Below are positions 1 through 9,511 of a stretch of DNA of 35,162 nt, in pieces. The stretch covers positions 1-35,162 of the forward strand of contig JAPDJO010000030.1 of NCBI GenBank assembly GCA_029259115.1, in the 5' to 3' direction. The stretch comes from Thermoplasmatota archaeon. GTDB taxonomy: Archaea > Thermoplasmatota > E2 > DHVEG-1 > B18-G2. Numbering within the stretch: position 1 is the first letter of the stretch; every line of letters starts with the position of its first letter. The notes beneath the pieces were generated by a model. That model did not search any database and was not told the DNA's origin. It saw nothing but the letters and a program-made list of their open reading frames with translations. The translations under genes were made by a program, and so were the position numbers.

Positions 1-48
1 GTGGAAGCAACAAGAGAAGCGTATGAAAAGACAGAGGTGAAAGCATGA
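1..48 (+). CDS. porG: 3' end of probable 2-oxoacid:ferredoxin oxidoreductase gamma subunit (partial)
   Basis: Frame 1 reads VEATREAYEKTEVKA-stop. Its TGA overlaps the porD ATG (ATGA). This is the porG position in the usual gamma-delta-alpha-beta order. Confidence 0.7.
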   Translation: MEATREAYEKTEVKA

Positions 49-311
49 AGATAGAGATAGGTGGTGTGATCAAGAAACCGGGCTCAAGTATTGAATACAA
101 GACCGGGGGCTGGAGAACATTCAAGCCTGTTATTGACCCAAATAAATGTATAAGTTGCTGGATATGTGTTGGTTTCTGTCCAGATGCTGCTATCGAGAAG
201 ACGGAAAGAGGGAAGCCACCAATCATCGATTATGATTACTGCAAGGGTTGTGGAATATGTGCAAACGAATGCCCGAAAAATGCGATAGAAATGGTTCTGG
301 AGGAGAAGTAG
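45..311 (+). CDS. porD: Pyruvate/2-ketoisovalerate:ferredoxin oxidoreductase delta subunit (2x[4Fe-4S])
   Basis: KTGGWRTFKPVID motif and two CxxCxxCxxxCP motifs; GAGGTGA SD upstream. Confidence 0.93.
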   Translation: MKIEIGGVIKKPGSSIEYKTGGWRTFKPVIDPNKCISCWICVGFCPDAAIEKTERGKPPIIDYDYCKGCGICANECPKNAIEMVLEEK

Positions 312-312
312 T

Positions 313-1497
313 ATGAAGGTGATATTGAAGGGTAATGAGGCTGCCGCCCTCGCTGCAAAACTGGCAAAGCCTGATGTGGTTGCAGCATATCCAATAACTC
401 CTTCAACTGACTTTCCAGAAAAGATGTCGGAATTTGTTGCAAACGGAGAACTGCCTCACACTCAGTTTTTACCAGTAGAGAGTGAACACTCTGCTATGAG
501 CGCCTGCGTGGGCGCTGCTGCAGCAGGAGCAAGGGTATGCACGGCAACTGCATCTCAGGGCTTAGAGCTTATGCACGAGATTCTCTTCATAGCGAGTGGA
601 ATGAGATTGCCCATAGTTCTCTACAACGCAAACAGAGCATTATCTGCGCCGATAAACATATGGTGTGATCATCAGGATACAATATCAGCGAGAGATACCG
701 GATGGATACAGTTCTATGCAGAAAACAACCAAGAGATCTTTGATCTCATGTTGATAGCATTTAGAGTTGCTGAGGACAAGAGAGTTCTCCTCCCAGCTAT
801 GGCATGTATAGATGCTTTCGTTTGTACTCATACATTTGAGCCAGTTGATGTTCCTTCTCAGGAAGAGATTGACGATTTTCTCCCACCATACAAACCAGAG
901 CATGTGAAACTTGATCCAGAAGACCCATGGACACTCGGACCTTTTGGAGTTCCAGAGTACTATCAGGAGATGAGATATGCTCAACATCTTGCCATGAAAA
1001 ATGCTGAAAAGGTGATAGATGAGGTATTTCAGGATTTCGAGAAGAGATTTGGTAGAAAATACCAGAAAGTCACGCCTTACAGGACAGAGGATGCAGATAT
1101 AATATTCATTACCATAGGTTCGATAAGCGGAACAGCCAAGGAATTCGTTGACAAGGTTAGAGAAGAGGGCAAGAAAGTAGGTACAATAAAGATAACGGTT
1201 CTCAGACCATTCCCATTCAAGGAGATTTTACCGTTGATAAAGAACGCGAAAGTCGTTGCAACCCTGGAGAGAAACATATCAATGGGATACGGTGGAGCGG
1301 TCTATGCTGATCTGGCTGGAACATTGATAAACGAGGAGAAAAAACCTGTACTGATAGATTTCATCCTCGGTCTTGGAGGCAGGGATGTAACATTCAAGGA
1401 CTTCAACGAAATCCTTGATGTCTGCGAGAAGGTGATGGCAGGAGAGAAGGTGGAGAGACCCGTATGGATAGGTGTTAAGAAGGAGTTGATAGAATGA
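313..1497 (+). CDS. porA: Pyruvate/2-ketoisovalerate:ferredoxin oxidoreductase alpha subunit
   Basis: [37 protein letters not shown] and GLGGRD motifs. Confidence 0.95.
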   Translation: MKVILKGNEAAALAAKLAKPDVVAAYPITPSTDFPEKMSEFVANGELPHTQFLPVESEHSAMSACVGAAAAGARVCTATASQGLELMHEILFIASGMRLPIVLYNANRALSAPINIWCDHQDTISARDTGWIQFYAENNQEIFDLMLIAFRVAEDKRVLLPAMACIDAFVCTHTFEPVDVPSQEEIDDFLPPYKPEHVKLDPEDPWTLGPFGVPEYYQEMRYAQHLAMKNAEKVIDEVFQDFEKRFGRKYQKVTPYRTEDADIIFITIGSISGTAKEFVDKVREEGKKVGTIKITVLRPFPFKEILPLIKNAKVVATLERNISMGYGGAVYADLAGTLINEEKKPVLIDFILGLGGRDVTFKDFNEILDVCEKVMAGEKVERPVWIGVKKELIE

Positions 1498-2408
1498 ATG
1501 TTGAATCTCTCCTTGCTCCGGGTCATAGGGCATGTGCTGGATGTGGACCAGCAATAGCAATAAGACAGTTGCTTGAGGCTGCAGGCAAGAATACAATAAT
1601 CGTCGAGGCAACAGGTTGTATGGAGGTAACAACCACGCCTTACCCTCAAACAGCATGGAAGGTTCCATGGTTACATGTTGCTTTCGAGAATGCTGCTGCA
1701 GCAGCAAGCGGAGTGGAAGCCGCTTATAGAGCGATGATCGCGAAGGGGATCATACCAAAGGACAAGATGCCGAACATCATAGCTCTCGCCGGAGATGGGG
1801 GTACATTCGATATAGGTATCCAGGCTCTCTCTGGCATGCTCGAGAGGGGACACAAAGTTCTCTATGTATGCTACGACAACGAAGCATATATGAACACAGG
1901 TATACAGAGATCATCTGCAACACCTCTTGGTGCTGCAACGACGACATCTCCTGCCGGAAAGGTTATACCGGGGAAGATGACCAGAAAAAAACCAATAGCG
2001 ATGATTGCAGCGGCTCATGATATTCCCTATGTTGCAACAGCAAGCATTGCGTATCCTGCAGATTTCAAGAACAAGGTGAAAAAAGCTTTGAGTGTAGATG
2101 GACCATCTTTCATACATGTTTTTGCTCCATGTCCCACTGGGTGGAGATTCGGAACAGAGCAGACCGTTGAACTTGCAAGACTAGCAGTGGAGACAGGAGT
2201 GTTTGTTCTTTATGAAATAACCGAAGAGAATCCTCTCAAACCTATTATCACCAAAAAATTGAAAGATAGAAAGCCAGTAGAGGAGTATTTGAAGATACAA
2301 GGAAGATTTAGGCATCTCTTCAAGCCTGTAAAAAGACAAGATATCATCGATAAAATACAGAAAGAAGTAGACAGGAAGTGCGAGTTATTCGGTGTGGATG
2401 ATAAATAA
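1494..2408 (+). CDS. porB: Pyruvate/2-ketoisovalerate:ferredoxin oxidoreductase beta subunit (TPP-binding)
   Basis: [16 protein letters not shown]...[13 protein letters not shown] motif and PCPTGW; ATGA overlap with porA. Confidence 0.95.
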   Translation: MNVESLLAPGHRACAGCGPAIAIRQLLEAAGKNTIIVEATGCMEVTTTPYPQTAWKVPWLHVAFENAAAAASGVEAAYRAMIAKGIIPKDKMPNIIALAGDGGTFDIGIQALSGMLERGHKVLYVCYDNEAYMNTGIQRSSATPLGAATTTSPAGKVIPGKMTRKKPIAMIAAAHDIPYVATASIAYPADFKNKVKKALSVDGPSFIHVFAPCPTGWRFGTEQTVELARLAVETGVFVLYEITEENPLKPIITKKLKDRKPVEEYLKIQGRFRHLFKPVKRQDIIDKIQKEVDRKCELFGVDDK

Positions 2409-2417
2409 GAAAGAGTG

Positions 2418-3158
2418 TTAACTTGGGATACCGGTTGGCTCAATAACTCCCTGGACTTCAGATGATAGATTATTTGTCGTAGAGACAACTACACATTTAC
2501 CTGTTACACATCTTATGTACAACCAGTACAACATCTCCATTAGTGCTCCCATCAGTGCAGCGAGCCCATCTAATCCTAGGATCCAGAAAAGCCATCTCAG
2601 AGCGTTGAGAAGCCACATTAACAGTATAATGAATATACAGAAAATCTTTGGTGTAGCTGCAAAATTACTTGTCTGTCTTAACAGTCTACTTAGAGAGGTA
2701 ATCGTGGGTTTATTTATTTTCTGTAAACCTTCCTTCAGATCCCTGTTGTCGAGAGATTTAATATGTGATACGAACTCGTTTTCAGCACTTTTTACTTCAC
2801 TCAGCTCGTTACTCTCTACTCTTATCTTCTTGACTTTTGATACAACGGCAGAAGATGGCATAATATTTACAAGAACGTTTTTTTCCTCTATTGATAGAGA
2901 TGCCACTACGTCCAAAACCTCTTCAAAATACCTATCTTTGGTGGCTTCATCCCATCTGATACCCCTTTTCTCTATAAGATAAGCTATTTTTCTGGCTATG
3001 CTTTTTGCTTTTTCAAGATCCATGTTATTCATTTTGTTCTCCAGTTCTCTCTGCATAGAAACAACAGGTTGTGCATGTACTGCTGGTGTTATCGAGACGG
3101 TCATAAGTATTAGAATGGTTGCTCCACAAACGACAAAGATATTTCTTTTTCTCAGCAT
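2418..3158 (-). CDS. Hypothetical exported/membrane protein (signal peptide, charged helical middle, Cys-flanked hydrophobic C-terminal hairpin)
   Basis: MLRKRN plus hydrophobic stretch plus AVHA cleavage-like site; GGGGTGA SD upstream; convergent with porB. Confidence 0.75.
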   Translation of the reverse strand: MLRKRNIFVVCGATILILMTVSITPAVHAQPVVSMQRELENKMNNMDLEKAKSIARKIAYLIEKRGIRWDEATKDRYFEEVLDVVASLSIEEKNVLVNIMPSSAVVSKVKKIRVESNELSEVKSAENEFVSHIKSLDNRDLKEGLQKINKPTITSLSRLLRQTSNFAATPKIFCIFIILLMWLLNALRWLFWILGLDGLAALMGALMEMLYWLYIRCVTGKCVVVSTTNNLSSEVQGVIEPTGIPS

Positions 3159-3356
3159 CTCACCCCTTTGCCATTCTCAATATCAAATATATAATAAATC
3201 ACGTTTTAACATTTTCCATTTAATCTATCAAATTTTTATAATTTTACTGTGAAGAGGGTTTCTTAAACCGCCAGCAGAGTATAAAGTGAAAGGATCTCTT
3301 TATAATCAAAAACAAAGTTTAATTAGCTTTTCAGATATTAGGATGTCGAGGATGGG

Positions 3357-4703
3357 ATGCATATAGTAGATAAATCCAAGGAGATAGCCGAGTTTATAAA
3401 AAGGCAAGACAATTTTCACATTATAGCCCATTTAGATGCTGATGGTATATCTGCTGGTGCCATCGCCGTAAAAACCTTAGAGAGATTGGGTAAGGAATTC
3501 GACGTAGATTTTGTCAAACAAGTAGATCAAGACACGCTGAGAAATATCTTGGAAAAGAATATGGATGTGCTGTGGTTTGTTGATTTGAGCATAAATGTAG
3601 ATTTAAATTTTGATAATGTTATAGTAACAGACCATCACAGGTCTATGAAAAGATTCAGATACTCTTTGAATCCCAATGATTTCGGTTTTGATGGTGGAAC
3701 AGAGCTGAGCGGCGCCGGCGCAACCTACCTCGTAGCTAGGAGTATAAGCAGAGGTAATATGGATTTGTCCTATCTTGCAGTAGTAGGTGCATGTGGAGAT
3801 CTTCAAGATAGGAGAAACAGGAAACTAGTGAGTATCAATAGGGATATTCTCCGAGATTCAGTAAAGATTAACCTTATAGATATCATAAAAGACATTCAAT
3901 ATTTTGGCAGAGAGAGCAAGCCATTGTTTAGACTACTATTCTATGCCGATGATCCCGTTATTCCCGGAGTTAGTGGATCTGAGGAGGCATGTATAGCGTT
4001 TCTCCTAGATTTGGGTTTTAATAGAAGGGACATATACAGAAGATGGGTAGATCTAGATCGGAATAAAAAGAGAAAGATGCTCTCAGAGATTGCCAGAAGG
4101 CTATTGGGCAGAGGTTTCGGGGCAACTTTTGTCAGGAGATTGATAGGGGAGGTATATATTCTCAAAAATGAGAAAGAGGGAACAGAACTCCATGATGCAA
4201 GGGAATTTGCAACTCTATTGAACTCGACAGCCAGATACGGTAGACCAGATATAGCACTGAAGATTTGTTTGGGAGAAAGAGAGAAATATCTCAAAGAGGC
4301 CAGAAGATTTCTAGATAACCATCGACAAAATCTATCTAGCAGTTTACAGATAGCGAGATCCAGAGTGGAAAGAAGAAAATATCTATGCTATTTTCATGCG
4401 GAGAATAAGATAAAAGATACAATTGTTGGAAGTGTAACTTCTATGTTATCTAGGGAGTTTTCATCACATCCAATAGTTGGTTTTGCTAATGGAGACAACG
4501 GCAATGTTAAAGTTTCCGCAAGGTATAGAGGCAAAGGCATAGATCTATCGAGAGCAATCTATACGGCAGCTCTTTCTGTTGGAGGTACAGGAGGAGGACA
4601 TAGAAGAGCGGCTGGTGCTCTTATACCAAGAGGTACGGAGGAAGAGTTTCTTGATGTATTCGAAAGAGAGATAGAAAATCAACTTTCTTTGGAAGTTTTA
4701 TAG
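3357..4703 (+). CDS. RecJ/Cdc45-like (GAN-type) DHH-DHHA1 phosphoesterase
   Basis: HLDADG, TDHH, ELSGAG, VGACGD, KVSAR and GGGH..AAG motifs. Confidence 0.88.
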   Translation: MHIVDKSKEIAEFIKRQDNFHIIAHLDADGISAGAIAVKTLERLGKEFDVDFVKQVDQDTLRNILEKNMDVLWFVDLSINVDLNFDNVIVTDHHRSMKRFRYSLNPNDFGFDGGTELSGAGATYLVARSISRGNMDLSYLAVVGACGDLQDRRNRKLVSINRDILRDSVKINLIDIIKDIQYFGRESKPLFRLLFYADDPVIPGVSGSEEACIAFLLDLGFNRRDIYRRWVDLDRNKKRKMLSEIARRLLGRGFGATFVRRLIGEVYILKNEKEGTELHDAREFATLLNSTARYGRPDIALKICLGEREKYLKEARRFLDNHRQNLSSSLQIARSRVERRKYLCYFHAENKIKDTIVGSVTSMLSREFSSHPIVGFANGDNGNVKVSARYRGKGIDLSRAIYTAALSVGGTGGGHRRAAGALIPRGTEEEFLDVFEREIENQLSLEVL

Positions 4704-5806
4704 ACCTTCTCAACCTTTAGATCGAAGATTAGCGTTTTGTCAGCCAGTTTATCAAAACTGTACATGAAGGATGGGTCCATCATTCTTATATATGAGAATA
4801 TCTCTCTAAGAGCCTCAATTGGGTAACTCTCTGTTATATTTATGGTCTGATTCCTTTTTATGATAAATACTCTATCGAAATCTCTATAAGTTTTATTTCC
4901 ATCAGGCATCGTATATGATGCATTTATCTTATCCGACGTTATATTCTCAACTTTATACTGATAGCTGAAGAAACCCATTGATACAGTTATTGTATCATTT
5001 ATTTCGGGTTCAATTTCTACTACTATCAGATCATCAGTTAAATTCTCTACAAGAGATTTATTTTCTGGAAAGTTTACTATGCTCCCATTCGATGCGTCAT
5101 ACCATATAAACGTGAAATTTTCACCTTTTTCCGTCGTTGGATTTATGTAAACCCAAGCCCTTGTTTTGTTTATTTTGGTTATGACTGAAGAGTTTTTCCA
5201 ACATGGATAAGGATTTAGTGACTCAGGTAGTGTGTCACCCTCTTTGAGCCCCCCTATTCGTAAGGTGTAGAGTGTAGTTGTACCATTTCCATAGAAACTT
5301 TGAAAATCTTCAGGCATTGACACGTTTTCTTTTATATCCACAACCTCAAGAGGATAAGGCATTCCGCTGATATTTAAGATATCCCCAATCTTGGGTTTTA
5401 CTCCATATCCCTTCTCTGGAGGTATAGTAACAGTTTTTGTTTCTCCCTCTTTCATACCTATTAGCCCTTCTAAAACTCCTTTAATATAGTTAGAAGAGTA
5501 TTCTTCGTACCCTTCCGGTGGAAAACCACCTTCGAGATCTACATATATCTTGAGAGGTTGATAAGTTCTGTTTTCATTATAAATATTGTTTTCCTTAGCT
5601 ACATCTTCGTATGATGTATCGAATATAGTTCCGTTATCTGCATATCTTGCTATGTAATCGACTTCTACACAGTCTCCTACCTCGACAACCTTAGGTTGAT
5701 AAAACATTTTCTCTAGGTCTTGTTTAAAAGCATACATCCCCAGAGCTACTATCACAATGACTATGAGCGCAACTAAAGCGTATACTCCAGATTTCTCTAA
5801 CTGCAT
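4679..5806 (-). CDS. Membrane-anchored FKBP-type peptidyl-prolyl isomerase with very large flap insert
   Basis: N-terminal TM helix; GDCVEVDY..IFDTS..IKGVLEGLIGMKEGETKTVTIPPEKGYG N-half and KLADKTLIFDLKV C-half, separated by more than 200 aa. Confidence 0.8.
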   Translation of the reverse strand: MQLEKSGVYALVALIVIVIVALGMYAFKQDLEKMFYQPKVVEVGDCVEVDYIARYADNGTIFDTSYEDVAKENNIYNENRTYQPLKIYVDLEGGFPPEGYEEYSSNYIKGVLEGLIGMKEGETKTVTIPPEKGYGVKPKIGDILNISGMPYPLEVVDIKENVSMPEDFQSFYGNGTTTLYTLRIGGLKEGDTLPESLNPYPCWKNSSVITKINKTRAWVYINPTTEKGENFTFIWYDASNGSIVNFPENKSLVENLTDDLIVVEIEPEINDTITVSMGFFSYQYKVENITSDKINASYTMPDGNKTYRDFDRVFIIKRNQTINITESYPIEALREIFSYIRMMDPSFMYSFDKLADKTLIFDLKVEKVYKTSKES

Positions 5807-5824
5807 AGCTTGAGAACAGTTAAC

Positions 5825-6694
5825 TCATATATAAGGGTTGTTTTTCCATATCTCTGCTATAGCTATTCTTATAATTTTGGCAGCCAGTATAGATGTTATA
5901 CCCATGTCATAGGTTGGACATACTTCAACCAAGTCAAAACCAACCATCCTATCTGAAAACCTCTCGATTATCCTAATAACATCTTCTGGAGAGATTCCAA
6001 AGGGCTCAGGCGTAGATACGCCAGGCGCATGCGAGGGATCTATAACATCAAAGTCCAGAGAAATATAGACATTTTGCTCTCCTAGATTCTTACTCATTTC
6101 ATCTAGAATACTCTCTATACCTCTGGATCGAATCTCTTTTGATGTTATAATTTTCAACCCTTTTTTTCTCGCCTCCTCTAACTCGTTCTTTTCAGCCGAT
6201 CTTACACCTAGAGCCAGAATATTGTCCATATCTACCTTATCTGCCATCCTTCTAAGGGTACAGGCGTGATTATATCTGTTATTTTCATATTTATCTCTAA
6301 AATCAAGATGAGCATCCAAGAAAATAACAAATATGTCATCGAGGTTTTCCAATACTCCTACAGAAATGGAGTGTTCTCCACCAATAGCTATAGGTATTTT
6401 CCCATTCTCTATGATCCTCTTACTAAATTTTGACACCTCATCAATCATCTCTCTGCTTCCTTTTTCCTCCACGTCAAGATCTCCATGGTCATGCATGGGA
6501 ATCTCTGAGAAATCTACTCCAGTAAATAAATCAAAACTCTCAAAGTTCCAGCTAGCTAATCTTATCTCCTTTGGAGCTAATCTTGCTCCATATCTAAAAG
6601 AGGATGTTTTATCATAAGGTACACCAAAAATGATAAATTTTGATTTGCCAAAACTCTCTTCAGCATCCGCAAAATAATTAGGAAATTCTCTCAT
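5825..6694 (-). CDS. speB: Agmatinase / agmatine ureohydrolase family
   Basis: GVPYD, GGEHS, DAHLD, DFDVIDP..APGV and DLVEV motifs. Start moved to ATG 6694 (MREFPNYFADA) because the longer ORF overlaps the divergent gene. Confidence 0.9.
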   Translation of the reverse strand: MREFPNYFADAEESFGKSKFIIFGVPYDKTSSFRYGARLAPKEIRLASWNFESFDLFTGVDFSEIPMHDHGDLDVEEKGSREMIDEVSKFSKRIIENGKIPIAIGGEHSISVGVLENLDDIFVIFLDAHLDFRDKYENNRYNHACTLRRMADKVDMDNILALGVRSAEKNELEEARKKGLKIITSKEIRSRGIESILDEMSKNLGEQNVYISLDFDVIDPSHAPGVSTPEPFGISPEDVIRIIERFSDRMVGFDLVEVCPTYDMGITSILAAKIIRIAIAEIWKNNPYI

Positions 6695-6745
6695 GCGATG
6701 CTGAATTGAGATAAGATTTTTATCCATTTCTACTATGCGTAGCTT

Positions 6746-7348
6746 ATGCGACTGATAGCCATAGCTGATATCCATGGTAAGCAGTATAGAGTGAATGACC
6801 TCATAAAAAATATAGAGGAGTATTCTCCCGAGATAGTGATTATATGTGGTGATATAACCCATTTTGGGCCAGGAGAACTTGCAAAGGTTTTGTTGGATCA
6901 GATTCCAGTAAAAACTCTAGCTATACATGGGAATATAGATAGCGAAGATGTTTTGGATTATATAGATAAAAGCAAGGCAGAAAATATCCATCTGAGAGAG
7001 TACACTTACAAAGACCTTAAATTTGTAGGATTAGGGGGTAATCATTTCTCAGATGATGAGATCAAAGAAGTGAAGTCTCTGTTGGATGAGAACTCCATAT
7101 TCATTACCCATCTGCCACCATACAAGGTTCTGGACAATGCCATATTTGGCATACATGCGGGGAGCAGGGAGATAAGGCAGATAATAGAAGAAAAGAAACC
7201 AAGGTTGCATCTTTGCGGACATATCCATGAAAGACCCGGTTTTGATAGGCTGAACGACACAATCGTTGTAAACTGTTCAGCTGGAAAAAGCGGATCTGGC
7301 GCACTTATAGACATAGATGATGAAATAAGTGTCAAAATGCTTGAGTGA
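6746..7348 (+). CDS. Calcineurin-like (Icc-type) metallophosphoesterase
   Basis: ADIHG, GDIT, GNID, THLPP and GHIHE metal-binding motifs. Confidence 0.88.
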   Translation: MRLIAIADIHGKQYRVNDLIKNIEEYSPEIVIICGDITHFGPGELAKVLLDQIPVKTLAIHGNIDSEDVLDYIDKSKAENIHLREYTYKDLKFVGLGGNHFSDDEIKEVKSLLDENSIFITHLPPYKVLDNAIFGIHAGSREIRQIIEEKKPRLHLCGHIHERPGFDRLNDTIVVNCSAGKSGSGALIDIDDEISVKMLE

Positions 7349-7425
7349 GCCTTCCTTCAAATATCGTATCAAAAGCATCTTCTTTGATAGTACTTGAAAG
7401 CGAGATGTGAAAAATTCAAGAAAAA

Positions 7426-7498
7426 TAGCCCCGCCAGGATTCGAACCTGGGTCGCGAGGTCCAGAGCCTCGCATGATTGACCACTACACCACGGGGCT
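7426..7498 (-). tRNA. tRNA-Gln(CTG), no intron, CCA not encoded
   Basis: Minus strand AGCCCCG..GTGTAGTGGTCAATCATG CGAGG-CTCTGGA-CCTCG..CCAGGTTCGAATCCTGG CGGGGCT A folds as a cloverleaf. A1-U72 pair is typical of archaeal tRNA-Gln. A T-run follows. Confidence 0.96.
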
Positions 7499-7501
7499 AT
7501 A

Positions 7502-7574
7502 TGGGCTCGGCCGGATTCGAACCGGCGACCTCCGCGTTGTAAGCGCGACGTCATAACCCCTAGACCACGAGCCC
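7502..7574 (-). tRNA. tRNA-Val(TAC), no intron, CCA not encoded
   Basis: Minus strand GGGCTCG..GTCTAGGGGTTATGAC TCGCG-CTTACAA-CGCGG AGGTC GCCGGTTCGAATCCGGC CGAGCCC A folds as a cloverleaf. Confidence 0.96.
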
Positions 7575-7605
7575 AGCAAAAGAGGAAATAACCAACTATT
7601 ATATT

Positions 7606-8889
7606 TCATTTATGATAGACTTTACCTCCTATTCTTTTACATCTGTGTATCAACTTGTCTGCTATTCTTGGGTTTATTGATACATTAAGTACTATATTTT
7701 TTCCGTAATCCACGTTCTTTATCCAAGCCTTTTCAAATAGCTCTGACAAAAGCTTATGCCCCTCAGTGTTATTTGGGAGAATGATTTTTAGATCAACGGG
7801 AGAAGGGAGGTTTTTGCCTATCAGTTCTAACAATTTGTCTATATTTTTTCTTTTTCTTATAGATATAGCAACATAAGGTAGTCCATTTATCAGATCGCCC
7901 AAACTTTCGATTTTCTCCTTCAATGCTCTTTCATCCAACTCGTCTATCTTATTGAACACTATCAAAATCGAAGACCTTACACCAATTTCTCTTAATTCCC
8001 TAAGTGATGTGTCCAGTTTTTCCCTTACCTCTTGGATATCTTCACTTATGTCAACTAGAAGTAAAACCAAGTCTGCAACCTCTATCTCTTCTAAAGTAGA
8101 ATGAAATGCATCTATCACCCAAGCAGGTAGATTTCTTATGAATCCGACTGTATCTGTTAGTAAAATTGGGGGTCTAGAAAAACTCATTTTTTCACTTAAT
8201 CTTGCTGTTGTCGTAGAAAGAGTAGAAAACAACAACTCTTCGACTTTCACATTTTCCTTTGTCAAGAGATTAAGCAAGCTACTTTTTCCAGCATTTGTGT
8301 ATCCTGCTATTGCTATAAGATAAAATCCTATCTCTCTCCTGTGTTTTCTTCTAATCTCTCTATTTTCCCTTATCTTTTCTAGGTCTTTCCTTATCTTCCT
8401 CATCTGCCTTTTTATCATCTCATAGTAATCATCAACCTGATACTCTCCTCCTGCCATGTATCCCGGATGCTCTCCAGCCCTTGATCTATGTATTAACTCT
8501 CTAACAAAAGGCCTTTCATATCTCAGCTGTGCTAGTCTCACTTGAAGTTTTGCTTCTTTGCTTTCCGCTCTTCTCTCAAATATTGACAAGATGAGTCTCA
8601 ATCTGTCATATACCTCGATGCCAAACTCCTTTTCTAAATTGAACCACTGTGAAGGTTTGAGATCACTATCAACTATAGCTAAATCGATTTCTCTATTTTC
8701 TTTCAAAAAATTTTTTATCTCCTCTATCTTTCCTTTCCCTATAAATGTTCTAACATCAGGAGATTCTCTCCTCTGGATGAATTCTTTTACGATCTCAAAA
8801 TCTAGAGTTTTTGCAAGAGATTTTATCTCCTTGGTATCATGTGATGTGGAGATTAGTATAGCTTTCCTCAGATTACTTTTCCCTCCCAA
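7606..8889 (-). CDS. hflX: GTPase HflX (start uncertain: TTG 8889 or CTG 8871)
   Basis: IGKGK, ILSIF..RA..KEAKLQV, GYTNAGKSS, LFSTL, DTVGFI and NKID motifs. Confidence 0.93.
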   Translation of the reverse strand: MGGKSNLRKAILISTSHDTKEIKSLAKTLDFEIVKEFIQRRESPDVRTFIGKGKIEEIKNFLKENREIDLAIVDSDLKPSQWFNLEKEFGIEVYDRLRLILSIFERRAESKEAKLQVRLAQLRYERPFVRELIHRSRAGEHPGYMAGGEYQVDDYYEMIKRQMRKIRKDLEKIRENREIRRKHRREIGFYLIAIAGYTNAGKSSLLNLLTKENVKVEELLFSTLSTTTARLSEKMSFSRPPILLTDTVGFIRNLPAWVIDAFHSTLEEIEVADLVLLLVDISEDIQEVREKLDTSLRELREIGVRSSILIVFNKIDELDERALKEKIESLGDLINGLPYVAISIRKRKNIDKLLELIGKNLPSPVDLKIILPNNTEGHKLLSELFEKAWIKNVDYGKNIVLNVSINPRIADKLIHRCKRIGGKVYHK

Positions 8890-9502
8890 ACCATTCTAAT
8901 GTCATTATAAATCTTTGCACTGCTGTTACAAATCCAACTACCGCGAAATAGATCAGGACAATCTCAAGTAGATTGAAATCATACAACTCAAAATCCACAA
9001 AAAGGTGCTGAAGAACCGGAAATATCATGAGTAGTACCAATCTATCAGCTCTTCCCAACAATCCTCTGTATATTCTCTTGTATCCAACCGCCTGAGCCTG
9101 TGTACCCATATAGCTTGTTAGTAGCACGCCGGATAAAGCAAACAGCCCTATCTCTGGACTGCACCATTTACTCAAAGATAGTCCGAGAATCATGGATACA
9201 TCTGAAAATCTGTCTATTGCATGATCTAGAAAATCACCTTTCGCGGTCGCTTCATTTTTCATTTTTGCTATTTTTCCATCTATCGCGTCAGTAAATCCGT
9301 TCAGAAATACGAATACAGAAGCTATGCAGAGAAAGTAAGTTTCCTTTTCTGTTTCAGGATCGGACAAAAAGAAGATAATTCCTGCTATAAGAGCGAATAC
9401 AAAGGATATCCACGTTACTGTATTTGGAGAGAGGTAATCAAATCTTTTTGCCACAAGTGTCAGAATAGGATCGATTCTCTCTCTAAGTCTATCGAGCACC
9501 AT
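8873..9502 (-). CDS. CDP-alcohol phosphatidyltransferase (archaetidyl-inositol-phosphate/glycerophosphate synthase family)
   Basis: SPNTVT and DAIDGKIAK..GDFLDHAID (DxxDGxxA..GxxxDxxxD) motifs; several TM segments. Confidence 0.9.
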   Translation of the reverse strand: MVLDRLRERIDPILTLVAKRFDYLSPNTVTWISFVFALIAGIIFFLSDPETEKETYFLCIASVFVFLNGFTDAIDGKIAKMKNEATAKGDFLDHAIDRFSDVSMILGLSLSKWCSPEIGLFALSGVLLTSYMGTQAQAVGYKRIYRGLLGRADRLVLLMIFPVLQHLFVDFELYDFNLLEIVLIYFAVVGFVTAVQRFIMTLEWFGREK

Positions 9503-9511
9503 TTTTATCCC

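Noticed and set aside
3247-3304. Small hairpins (GGTTT/AAACC, TATAAAG/CTTTATA) with AAACCGCC, resembling a fluoride riboswitch or sRNA
   Set aside because: The GATGGxGT and GCTGATGAC core of the crcB motif is missing, the stems are short and AT-rich, and the neighbouring genes are unrelated to fluoride.
6695-6862. N-terminal extension of agmatinase overlapping the divergent phosphoesterase (similar extensions on glyA, the UbiA gene, the short FKBP and UPF0147)
   Set aside because: These come from choosing the longest ORF; downstream ATGs fit family N-termini and SD/TATA placement better.
7349-7425. Possible integrated element at a tRNA 3' end
   Set aside because: No integrase and no duplicated tRNA 3' fragment were seen; the flanks are ordinary housekeeping genes.
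7277-7554. Short minus-strand ORFs (65 and 61 aa)
   Set aside because: They are translations of the two tRNA genes.
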